Source of the DNA: Minisyncoccota bacterium | GTDB lineage: Bacteria; Patescibacteriota; Microgenomatia; UBA1400; PJMF01 | Direction: 5' to 3' | Length of the DNA: 61,084 bases | Assembly (NCBI GenBank): GCA_029881675.1 | Contig: JAOUMD010000003.1 | Location: 1 to 61,084, forward strand | Shown: positions 38,909 to 47,740 of the stretch, piece after piece | Numbering within the stretch: position 1 is the first letter of the stretch | How the letters are laid out: every line of letters starts with the position of its first letter | Position numbers and translations under genes: made by a program | The notes under the pieces: model-generated | Told to the model about the DNA's origin: nothing | What the model saw: the letters and a program-made list of their open reading frames with translations, nothing else | Database searches by the model: none

Positions 38909-39367
38909 TTAAACAATATCCAATGAATAAATTGAAGAATATTGATTAAAGCCAGTATTCTCAAAGGCTTTTACAGAAATAGTGTTTTTAGAAAATATTT
39001 CTGTTTTTATTCTAGTAATTTGTTTTTCTTTAGCCCAATTAATACACTCATTAATTAATTGCTTAGATAATCCTTTGTTGCGAAATTCAGGTAAGATATA
39101 AATTACTTCTAACTGACATTCTAATAGATTAGATTTAGAGTTAATTTTATTAGTATGTGCATAAAGGTATCCCATAGGAGAATTGTCACTATCCTCTGCA
39201 ATGAGGAATAGTGCTAAAGGATTATTTAGTTGCTGAAGATACTTATTATTAATTTCATCCCTAGAATATTCTAAAAATGGTTCAAATTCTTTTTCAACTA
39301 AATGGAGTTTTTCTCCAAAATTAAGAAGGGTTTTTATATCAGACTTAGTGGCTTTTCTAATTAGCAT
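38909..39367 (-). CDS. GNAT-family N-acetyltransferase
   Basis: IR.A, YILPEFRNKGL and N..S..AFE..GF motifs. Confidence 0.85.
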   Translation of the reverse strand: MLIRKATKSDIKTLLNFGEKLHLVEKEFEPFLEYSRDEINNKYLQQLNNPLALFLIAEDSDNSPMGYLYAHTNKINSKSNLLECQLEVIYILPEFRNKGLSKQLINECINWAKEKQITRIKTEIFSKNTISVKAFENTGFNQYSSIYSLDIV

Positions 39368-39457
39368 ATTCTAGATTATACATGGTGTTATTTATATTAG
39401 ATTAAAAACTTGTGTTGAAGAAGTTGTTAATAAATATATAAATGCTATATTCCTGAT

Positions 39458-39865
39458 ATGTATTCAGTAACTCAAAAAGATCCTTATGGATGTGGATTAG
39501 CTTGTGTTTCATTTTTATTACAAAAACAGTACCAAGATGTAGCTGAATACATAGATCAAAATAAAGCAAAGACCTATGGCTTTACATGTAAAGAACTTGT
39601 TAACTTACTTGTTAAATTTAATCTTAATTATCAGTACAAGTACCTAAAACCAAAGCTAAAAAAGAAGATTTATGATAGTGGCACGATTGTATTTATCAAA
39701 AGATCTAAAAGGTATCCTAGTGGACATTATTTAGTTAGATATAAGGATGGTTGGATGGATCCTTGGATTAATTTTTCTATTAGAGCTAAATTAAGTAGTG
39801 CTCAATCAGGCTTTAGAAAAAGATTACCAGGTAGTCCAGTTTATGCTTTGTTTTTGATTAATTAA
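39458..39865 (+). CDS. Stand-alone C39-like cysteine peptidase domain
   Basis: Q....GCGLAC, GHY and MDP motifs. Confidence 0.7.
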   Translation: MYSVTQKDPYGCGLACVSFLLQKQYQDVAEYIDQNKAKTYGFTCKELVNLLVKFNLNYQYKYLKPKLKKKIYDSGTIVFIKRSKRYPSGHYLVRYKDGWMDPWINFSIRAKLSSAQSGFRKRLPGSPVYALFLIN

Positions 39866-40013
39866 TAATCATAGATTAGTTATAAATGTAAGATGAAAGT
39901 AATAAACTTACTACATAGTGAATGTAATGCAGACTTTCTTTTTTTAATTATACTCAGTTATTGTTTTGGTCCAAAGAGATTTTTTGATGTTTTTATAGTA
40001 TATTTGATCTACT

Positions 40014-40919
40014 ATGTCTATTAAACATCCTGAAATTGAGCGTGAGTCTCAACAAAACCCCCATTTAGTTAATTTAGAGGTTGATTACCTATATCATTTA
40101 GGACTAGATACATCTATGGATCTACCTAGTATGTTTGGAGATGTTAAATACGTTTGTATGGGTGGTAGCCCTGAAAGAGCTGAACAATTTGCTATTAAAG
40201 CAGCTGAAAGATTGGGTATCTCTGTTCCAGAAGAAGGGCTGGAGCCTGTAGGAAAAACAGAAAGATATTCACTATATAAAGTTGGTCCTATCATTTCACT
40301 TTCTCATGGTATCGGTATGCCTTCTGCCAGTATTGTTTTACATGAAGTAACAAAACTTTTAAGATATGCCGGAAGTACAGACTTTAAATATATTAGGATT
40401 GGAACATCCGGAGGGGTGGGTGTAGATCCTGGAGAAGTAGTAGTAAGTACAAATGTCGTTGATGGGAAATTAAATCCTGTCCATGAAGTAGTTGAATTAG
40501 GAAAGAGTGTTGAATTAGATACTGCTCTTGATAGTAATCTCGTCCAATCTTTATTAACAATAGCCTCAGAAAGTGATATTTCTGCAACTGCAGGTACAAC
40601 TATGTCTACAGATAGCTTCTATGCTGCTCAAGGTCGATTAGATGGTGCTTTAAACCCAAGATATACTGAGACAGAAAAAATGGATTTTTTACAATTAGCT
40701 TATGACAAAGGTGTTAGAAATATTGAGATGGAGGCAGCCATTATAGGAGCTTTTTGTAGAGAAGCTGGAATTCCTGCGGCAGTTGTTTGTGCTGCAATTT
40801 TAAATAGATTAGATGGAGATCAAGTTGGTTCAACTATAGAAGAGTTAGAACAGTTCTCAGATAATGCTCAACAGTTGGTGCTTAATTTAATTTCCAAAGA
40901 ACTTAATTTAACTGATTAA
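40014..40919 (+). CDS. Uridine phosphorylase, eukaryote (UPP1/2)-like type
   Basis: FGDVKYVCMGGS, YKVGP...SHG.G.PS, RIGTSGG, QGRLDGA, NIEME and LNRLDGDQV motifs. Confidence 0.85.
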   Translation: MSIKHPEIERESQQNPHLVNLEVDYLYHLGLDTSMDLPSMFGDVKYVCMGGSPERAEQFAIKAAERLGISVPEEGLEPVGKTERYSLYKVGPIISLSHGIGMPSASIVLHEVTKLLRYAGSTDFKYIRIGTSGGVGVDPGEVVVSTNVVDGKLNPVHEVVELGKSVELDTALDSNLVQSLLTIASESDISATAGTTMSTDSFYAAQGRLDGALNPRYTETEKMDFLQLAYDKGVRNIEMEAAIIGAFCREAGIPAAVVCAAILNRLDGDQVGSTIEELEQFSDNAQQLVLNLISKELNLTD

Positions 40920-40944
40920 AGTTCTACCCTGATATACTAATCAC

Positions 40945-41409
40945 ATGAAAAGCATTGCCCCTAAAGATTATATCTGTCCAATTTGTCTTGGTAATAAAGG
41001 CATTGAGAGTGATGATACTCTACTTAAACAAGCAGACTTAGTATTTAAAGATGATCTTGTAAGTGTTTGGATAAACTCCTTTTGGATTAAGGGTAATGAA
41101 GGTCACCTGATCATTGTTCCTAATGATCACTATGAAACTCTTTATGATCTACCCAGTGAAGTAGGACATCGTATTTTTGAGGTATCTAAGACAATGAGTA
41201 AGTTATTAAAGAAAGTATATAAGTGTGATGGTATTACCTTAAGACAAAATAATGAACCAGCTGGTGATCAACATGCTTTTCATTATCACCTTCATTTATT
41301 TCCCAGGTATATAAATGATAACTTTAATAAAGAGTTAACAAAGAAGAGTTATTTATCAGAATCTAGTAAGAGGATAGAGTTTGTGGAGAGGTTGAAGGAG
41401 GGGGTTTAG
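40945..41409 (+). CDS. HIT-family hydrolase
   Basis: CPIC, GH..IVP..H and FHYHLHLFPR motifs. Confidence 0.92.
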   Translation: MKSIAPKDYICPICLGNKGIESDDTLLKQADLVFKDDLVSVWINSFWIKGNEGHLIIVPNDHYETLYDLPSEVGHRIFEVSKTMSKLLKKVYKCDGITLRQNNEPAGDQHAFHYHLHLFPRYINDNFNKELTKKSYLSESSKRIEFVERLKEGV

Positions 41410-41419
41410 AGATATAAGT

Positions 41420-41446
41420 GCGGAGAGTGTGGGATAAGATTGGAAC
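41420..41446 (+). repeat. 27-bp att-like repeat, copy 2
   Basis: GCGGAGAGTGTGGGATAAGATTGGAAC; the first 16 nt read on the minus strand like a tRNA-Ser 3' end. Confidence 0.7.
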
Positions 41447-41554
41447 TTTTATAAAGTATTTTTCATCGAGTTGTATGTTGATTTTGATTGCTTAAACAAC
41501 ACTTTGATAAAAATTATGAGATAATATGTCCATATATTAGTTATTAGTTGAAAA

Positions 41555-43447
41555 ATGGATAAACATTTCCGTCATACAATTTCTCTATTACTAAGTACGT
41601 TTAAAAAACGTTTTCGTCTTTTTATTGGTTTTCTTATCATTAATATTATTCTCTCTCTAATAAATGTTATTTTTCCTTATTTTTTAAAATTACAAATTGA
41701 TTTTTTACAGAATCAGTCATTTCAACTTCCATTTACAAATAATACTTTATCAATTTTTTTGGTATTACTTTTAGTTCCAGCTATCTTTGAGTTAAGTAGG
41801 TTGTCTTTTTTTCAAAGAATAGAAAGAAAAGTTTCTCAATCATTTACTTATAAATTAAGAAAAGATCTTGAAAAATTAATTTGGGAGAAAATGAAGAAAT
41901 TTGATTTGGGTTTTTTTGAAGCTGGTAGGAATCAGCATTTAATTAGAACTTCTTTTTCTTCAATATATGTTTTTGATCGAATTACTCAATTTATTAGAGA
42001 ACAATTTAATTCTATTATTACTTTTGTTGCCATAATTCCTCTTCTTTATTTTATTAACTATAAAATATTAATTTTAATTATCATTGCCAGTTTTTTACAG
42101 TTTTTTCTAAGAGAAGTAAGAACAAAATTAGAATTAGGTCAGCAATTTGTTAGTACATACATTGAGGGTAAAGCCTTTGTGATACAAGAATTAATGAGGA
42201 ATAATTTTGGTCTTGTAAAAGAAATTGGCGCAAGTGAGCAAGTTATAGATCAGTATTTTAAAGAGCAAGATAAAACTGAAAAGTTAATATTAGAAAAGGA
42301 ATTACATAATAAATCATCAAGAGTTTTAGATTGGTTTATTGAAAATGTATTCTTTATTCTGGCTAATCTTTTTGTCGCACAACAAGTATTTTCTGGAAAA
42401 GTATCCATTGGTACTTTTACTCTAACAATTTCATATATAAACCAAATCAGGCATTCATTTGAGGACTTTTTTAGCTTTAAGTCAAGATGGAAGTCAATTA
42501 GTGTTGAACTACTTAAAATGAGTTTCATTTTAAATTTAGAATCTAGATTAAAAACAACGAAAGATAATCTCAAAGTAAGTTTCCCTCAAAAGCTTGAACT
42601 TAAAAATGTTGGATTCACTTATCCAAGTTTTTATGAAGACGAAAAAAAGTTTATCAATAATATTGTAGATGACATAACCAATAACTCGAGGCGAGGTCAA
42701 AGTGAATTTGTACAACGAGAACTTGATGAGTGGCATAGTCTGTTGGAGACACCTTCTAAGAATAAGTCAGTGTTAAATAATGTTAATTTAGAAGTAAATA
42801 AAGGAAAGATCACAGCACTACTTGGAAGAAATGGCTCAGGAAAAACTACTATTACTAGGTTGCTTATGCATTCATATGAAGCTGATGAGGGGCAGGTCTT
42901 GATTGACGATCAGTTAATTAATAAGTTTGATTTAGAAGAAGTTTCTCAATCTGTAGCTTACTTACAACAATCTCCTTTTATAGTCGATAGAATGTCTATT
43001 AAAGATAATTTATTACTTGGAGTTAAGAGGAAGGTTACTAATAAAGAAATTTGGGAAGTTTTAGCAAAACTTCAAATAAAATATTTAGTTACTAAGCTAA
43101 ATAAAGGTTTGAATTCAGTATTAGGTGAGGATACAAACTTTTCTGGAGGACAAAAACAATTGTTAGTTATTGCGCGTGCTTTGTTACAAAAAAGACCATT
43201 TATTATCTTTGATGAGGGTAGTAGTCAGTTAGACATTGAAAAAGAAAATATGATTCTAAAAGTATTGGATAGTATTAAATCAGAAGTAGGAATTCTTTTT
43301 ATTACACACCGCATCACTGTTGCAAAGAAGGCAGATTATATCTATTTTTTAGATAAAGGAAAAATTAAAGAAGAAGGAACTCATCAGGAGTTAATTAAAA
43401 AAGAAGGTTTGTATCACAGGTTTTGGAAGTTACAGGTTATTGAGTAA
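41555..43447 (+). CDS. ABC exporter, fused permease/ATPase
   Basis: TM domain plus GRNGSGKT, FSGGQ, FDE and ITHR motifs. Confidence 0.92.
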   Translation: MDKHFRHTISLLLSTFKKRFRLFIGFLIINIILSLINVIFPYFLKLQIDFLQNQSFQLPFTNNTLSIFLVLLLVPAIFELSRLSFFQRIERKVSQSFTYKLRKDLEKLIWEKMKKFDLGFFEAGRNQHLIRTSFSSIYVFDRITQFIREQFNSIITFVAIIPLLYFINYKILILIIIASFLQFFLREVRTKLELGQQFVSTYIEGKAFVIQELMRNNFGLVKEIGASEQVIDQYFKEQDKTEKLILEKELHNKSSRVLDWFIENVFFILANLFVAQQVFSGKVSIGTFTLTISYINQIRHSFEDFFSFKSRWKSISVELLKMSFILNLESRLKTTKDNLKVSFPQKLELKNVGFTYPSFYEDEKKFINNIVDDITNNSRRGQSEFVQRELDEWHSLLETPSKNKSVLNNVNLEVNKGKITALLGRNGSGKTTITRLLMHSYEADEGQVLIDDQLINKFDLEEVSQSVAYLQQSPFIVDRMSIKDNLLLGVKRKVTNKEIWEVLAKLQIKYLVTKLNKGLNSVLGEDTNFSGGQKQLLVIARALLQKRPFIIFDEGSSQLDIEKENMILKVLDSIKSEVGILFITHRITVAKKADYIYFLDKGKIKEEGTHQELIKKEGLYHRFWKLQVIE

Positions 43448-43461
43448 AGTCATCTTTTAGT

Positions 43462-43488
43462 GTGGGGTGTGTGAGATGAAATTGGAAT
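43462..43488 (+). repeat. 27-bp att-like repeat, copy 3
   Basis: GTGGGGTGTGTGAGATGAAATTGGAAT. Confidence 0.65.
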
Positions 43489-43506
43489 TTTTTATTGACT
43501 AAAAAA

Positions 43507-44595
43507 TTATAAATTTTCCAATAATTCAGAATACATTTCTTTGAGTTTTTCTAAACTATCCAGATCAACCCACTCATCTACTTCATGTGCTCCAGCTCCA
43601 TTCGGACCCCAAGTAATAACTGGAATACCTAAAGAGGCCAAAACATTATCATCTCCAACAGAAGATCTTTCATGTAGCTGAATTTTTTCTCCGGTATATT
43701 TCTGAATAATTTTTGAAATTTCTTTTTGATATGGAAATGATGTAAATCGATAACCAGTTAAATATGGGGTTTCTCTTTTTTTTAGTTTAACTTTAAAATT
43801 ATCATTTACTTTTTTTGTTAATTTAATTAGTTCTTTTTTTATTTCTTCTATAGAATCATCACTGCCCAATAACACTTCAATATCAACTTCTGCATACTCA
43901 CATAAGCTCATTCCAATAGTATTTGTTACAACATTTCTGGGTTGAATAACAGTCATTTTGTCTTTACTAATACTGCTATCTTTTAATTTGGAAATAAATT
44001 CTGTTAATGGATAAATGGCGTTAATTCCAGTTTCATGTTTGGCAATATGGACTGGTTTTCCCTGTGCCCCGACAGTGAATAAAACTCTTCCTGTTCTTCC
44101 TACTGTAATTCCATTTAAACCTAATCCAAAATTAGGTTCTGCAGAAATAATTAGTTCAACATCAGAGAAAAATTCTTTTTTCTTTTTTACTACATCCCAA
44201 GCTCCACTAGAAATATTTTCTTCATCAACTGCCAAGAGAACTTTTATATGTTTTTTAGAATTACCAATAGCACTGAGAAAAGCTGCTATCCCACCTTTCA
44301 TATCATAAGCTCCTAAACCATATGCTTTATTGCCTTCAATAGTAAGTTCAAATGGTTCTCTACTCCACCCAGGAACAACATCAACTGTATCAATATGCCC
44401 ATAAAAGAGTATTGATTTACCTTCTTTTCCATTATCAGCAAGAATATTAGGACGGTCATCTGTTTTTATTATTGAAGTTGAAAAACCTAAGTCATTTAAG
44501 GTTTTAGTTAGAAGATCCTCTAGATTACCTTCAGACTTTTTAGCATATCTTGTGTCTTTAGATACTAATTGGGAGAGTAAATTATTTAATGACAT
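43507..44595 (-). CDS. M20-family metallohydrolase (ArgE/DapE-like)
   Basis: GHIDTV, GAYDMKGG, DEE, AEP and AHEVDE motifs. Confidence 0.9.
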   Translation of the reverse strand: MSLNNLLSQLVSKDTRYAKKSEGNLEDLLTKTLNDLGFSTSIIKTDDRPNILADNGKEGKSILFYGHIDTVDVVPGWSREPFELTIEGNKAYGLGAYDMKGGIAAFLSAIGNSKKHIKVLLAVDEENISSGAWDVVKKKKEFFSDVELIISAEPNFGLGLNGITVGRTGRVLFTVGAQGKPVHIAKHETGINAIYPLTEFISKLKDSSISKDKMTVIQPRNVVTNTIGMSLCEYAEVDIEVLLGSDDSIEEIKKELIKLTKKVNDNFKVKLKKRETPYLTGYRFTSFPYQKEISKIIQKYTGEKIQLHERSSVGDDNVLASLGIPVITWGPNGAGAHEVDEWVDLDSLEKLKEMYSELLENL

Positions 44596-44639
44596 CTTGA
44601 AGAGATTGTATCATTAAAGTGATTTATGAAATTGAGATG

Positions 44640-44724
44640 CGGAGGCAGAGGGATTCGAACCCTCGAAACCGTAAACGGTTCAAGATTAGCAATCTTGTGC
44701 AATTGGCCACTATGCGATGCCTCC
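44640..44724 (-). tRNA. tRNA-Ser(GCT)
   Basis: Acceptor GGAGGCA/TGCCTCC, anticodon arm CAAGA-TTGCTAA-TCTTG, long variable arm, GAGGG-TTCGAAT-CCCTC. Confidence 0.95.
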
Positions 44725-44789
44725 ATTTAAAAGAACACACGTTGTTACGTGAAGATATATTTTAACACGCTTTTGAGTCAAGCAGAGTC

Positions 44790-45593
44790 TTATTTTAAAT
44801 CTAGTTTAATATCTTTAACCTTATTGTATGCCTTCATATCCATAAAGTCAGTTCTACACGGTGAGACAGATATTTCTCCCTTTTGGAGCGCATGTAGATC
44901 TGTCCCTGGGACAGTATTTACAATATCCATCATTTCACATGGGTAGTGGAATGTTCTGGGTGTTTGTTCTAACTGTATTGGAGCATAGAACTCTTCTACA
45001 TTAGCAATAGGCTTGGTAAAACTTACTTTACTGCCCTTTGTCAAAGGAATATTAATGTTGATTAGGTCAGATCCCCAAAGATTATTTTTTAAGGTCATCT
45101 CAATAATTTTTTTTGCATTCTCCCCTGGATGTTCAATATATCTATCTAAGTTCTCATCTGGTTTATGATCAATTAACCAAAAGTCAGGAGTAACGTCCCA
45201 GCTAATGGCAATGCCTTTTTTTGTTACACCAGTGTTAAGCGCTCTAAAGACCGCAGAAAAAGTCCCAGAAGAAATATTAGCTCCTCCAATGTTTGCTCCT
45301 AAGTTAATACCTGAAATGACATAGTCAAATTCATGACCAAAGTGTTTATATGCAGTTCCCACAGCATCAACTGGAGATCCTGAAACCCAGATACCTGGGA
45401 CACCATCAATGAGTTTTTCTCCCCAAGGTCCACCCTTAAGAGTTAGTCTTCCACCCATGGCACTTTGTTGGGTATCTGTTCCTCCAACAAAGAGTTGGTA
45501 ATCGTCTTTAAGGTAGTGAATAAGCAAACGAGTTCCAATGGATGAGAATCCATCATCACCTGTTAGAAGAATTGTTTTTTTCTTTTTACTCAT
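44790..45593 (-). CDS. surE: 5'/3'-nucleotidase SurE
   Basis: LLTGDDG, QS, GSPVD, SGINLGAN and SGT motifs. Confidence 0.88.
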   Translation of the reverse strand: MSKKKKTILLTGDDGFSSIGTRLLIHYLKDDYQLFVGGTDTQQSAMGGRLTLKGGPWGEKLIDGVPGIWVSGSPVDAVGTAYKHFGHEFDYVISGINLGANIGGANISSGTFSAVFRALNTGVTKKGIAISWDVTPDFWLIDHKPDENLDRYIEHPGENAKKIIEMTLKNNLWGSDLININIPLTKGSKVSFTKPIANVEEFYAPIQLEQTPRTFHYPCEMMDIVNTVPGTDLHALQKGEISVSPCRTDFMDMKAYNKVKDIKLDLK

Positions 45594-45789
45594 ATCAGTT
45601 AAACCTATCCTTTCTATTAATTATAATTTTCTATCGTCATACTTTATCATATCAGTTTATAGACTCTTTTTGTTCATAAATCAAGCTAGTGAGAAATCAT
45701 TTAATTTTACCTCAAAAAATCAGTGCTACAAATATTAGTTAGTGGTATGCTTAAATTAGTCTAGTTAGTTATATAGATAGATATTTTGT

Positions 45790-46245
45790 ATGAAAGAAAA
45801 AAGAATTAGAACGGGGGTAAAAGCTTTGATTGTCCATGAGGGAAAGATTCTCATCATCAAAGAGAATGTAATGAGAGATGGAGAGACTGTTTTGATTCAT
45901 GATTTTCCTGGGGGTGGAATTGACTTTGGAGAGAATTTAGAAATTGCATTGCAAAGAGAAGTGTTTGAAGAAGTTGGTTTGAAAATAATAGTAGAGAAAG
46001 TAGTTGGAGCTTGGGAGTTTGTTATTAATCCGATTCATGATCCAGAAAGTGAGATGCAAATTGTTTGTATTGGATATCAATGTAAAGTAGCAGGTGATTC
46101 TAAAATAGATATGACAAATAATCCTGCTCAGTATGAAGATATTTTTGATTATGCTTGGTTAACGAGAGAAGAGATATTAGAACAAGGTGACAAGATATTA
46201 GTTAACTCAGATATGAGAAAAGCAGTTAGTAATTTAAATATATAA
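45790..46245 (+). CDS. NUDIX hydrolase
   Basis: PGGGIDFGE.....LQREVFEEVG Nudix box. Confidence 0.92.
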   Translation: MKEKRIRTGVKALIVHEGKILIIKENVMRDGETVLIHDFPGGGIDFGENLEIALQREVFEEVGLKIIVEKVVGAWEFVINPIHDPESEMQIVCIGYQCKVAGDSKIDMTNNPAQYEDIFDYAWLTREEILEQGDKILVNSDMRKAVSNLNI

Positions 46246-46266
46246 TGGTAAGTACAAAGGAATATT

Positions 46267-47520
46267 ATGAAAATAAAATCAATCAGTTCATATGAAATAT
46301 TAGCTTCTGGAGGTTACCCAACCCTTGAAACAAGAGTGGAATTAGAATCGGGTGAAGTAGGTGTAGCTTCTATTCCTTATGGTGTTTCTGCTGGGAGCCA
46401 TGAAGCAACTGTTTTACTTGACGGAGATATGTCTAGATATAATGGTAAAGGAATGCTTAAGGCTATTGCTAATGTAAATGACATCATTGCCCCCGAGATT
46501 ATCGGTATGGAGGGTAATGATCAGGCTGCAATTGATCGTAAGATGATTGAATTGGATGGGACTGAGAACAAAGCAAAGTTAGGCGGAAATGCTATCTTAA
46601 GTGTTTCCTTAGCTGTAGCCAAAGCTATGGCAAACCATAAGAAGGTTGGACTGTATGAGCATGTCAAAGAAGTCTTTGAGATAGACAATAACTTCACTAC
46701 TCTACCCCATCCGATGATGGTGGTAATTGAAGGTGGTAAGCATGCTGATGATACTACTGACCTACAAGAATATTGTATTAGCTCAATTAGTGCAGACAGT
46801 GTCAAAGAAGGTGTCAGACATGTCATCGAAAGTTACCATGCTCTCAAAAAGATCCTCAAGAAAAATAATCTTTCTACCAATGTAGGTAATGAAGGGGCTT
46901 TTGCTCCAAATGGTATTCCAAGTAATGAAGCACCCTTTGAATATATTGTTGAAGCAATTAAAGCAGCGGGTTATACCCCAGGAGAAGATTTGGCTATTTC
47001 AATGGATGCTGCAGCCACTGAGTTTTACAAAGATGGAAAATATGATTTAGCTCTTGAAAATAAACAGTTAACTTCCGATGAGATCATTGCCTACTATGAA
47101 GAATGGTTCAAAAAATATCCTATCGCTACCTTTGAAGATAGTCATGATGAGGATGACTGGGAAGCATGGCCAAAGATGCTAAAACTTTGTGAAAAATATC
47201 ATGTGGAATTAATTGGTGATGATTTAACTGTGACTAATATCAAGAGATTACAAATGGCGATAGATAAAAAAGCTATCTCTTCTATTCTGATTAAGCTTAA
47301 TCAAATTGGTACATTAACTGAGACAGTACAAACCTGTTTACTAGCCAGAGAACATAATATGATGACTGTTTTCTCTCATCGGGGTGGTGGAGAAACCAAT
47401 GATACAGCAATGGTTGATGTTGCTGTAGCAGTCGGAAGTAGCTATATTAAAGTTGGCCCAACAAGAGGTGAAAGAATTAGTAAATATAATCGTTTGATGG
47501 AGATTGAACGAGAATTATAA
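46267..47520 (+). CDS. eno: Enolase, copy 1 (catalytic Glu and Lys retained)
   Basis: GGKHA, LQEY, VGNEGAFAP, GDDLTVTN, KLNQIG, SHR and ER..KYNRL motifs. Confidence 0.92.
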   Translation: MKIKSISSYEILASGGYPTLETRVELESGEVGVASIPYGVSAGSHEATVLLDGDMSRYNGKGMLKAIANVNDIIAPEIIGMEGNDQAAIDRKMIELDGTENKAKLGGNAILSVSLAVAKAMANHKKVGLYEHVKEVFEIDNNFTTLPHPMMVVIEGGKHADDTTDLQEYCISSISADSVKEGVRHVIESYHALKKILKKNNLSTNVGNEGAFAPNGIPSNEAPFEYIVEAIKAAGYTPGEDLAISMDAAATEFYKDGKYDLALENKQLTSDEIIAYYEEWFKKYPIATFEDSHDEDDWEAWPKMLKLCEKYHVELIGDDLTVTNIKRLQMAIDKKAISSILIKLNQIGTLTETVQTCLLAREHNMMTVFSHRGGGETNDTAMVDVAVAVGSSYIKVGPTRGERISKYNRLMEIEREL

Positions 47521-47543
47521 ACTAGCTAATAAGGAGTCTTTCT

Positions 47544-47735
47544 ATGAGTGATCCAAAACAGCTTTTGAGAGATCAGAAAAAAAAGGTTGAAGAGGAATTC
47601 CATAGAGTTCATGATGTAACTCAGGATGAGAACTTAGCCAGAGCAAAGGCAAGGCAAGTAAAAGAAGAAATGACTAAGTTAAAGGGTGTCCAAACTGCAA
47701 AGGAAGAAACTGAAAGGAATAGAGATTTTTATTGA
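47544..47735 (+). CDS. Small charged helical hypothetical protein
   Basis: 63 aa with AAGGAG SD upstream. Confidence 0.6.
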   Translation: MSDPKQLLRDQKKKVEEEFHRVHDVTQDENLARAKARQVKEEMTKLKGVQTAKEETERNRDFY

Positions 47736-47740
47736 CTCTC

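Noticed and set aside
39458..43447. C39-like peptidase plus ABC exporter as a bacteriocin system
   Set aside because: They are separated by unrelated genes and a repeat boundary, and no precursor peptide is evident.
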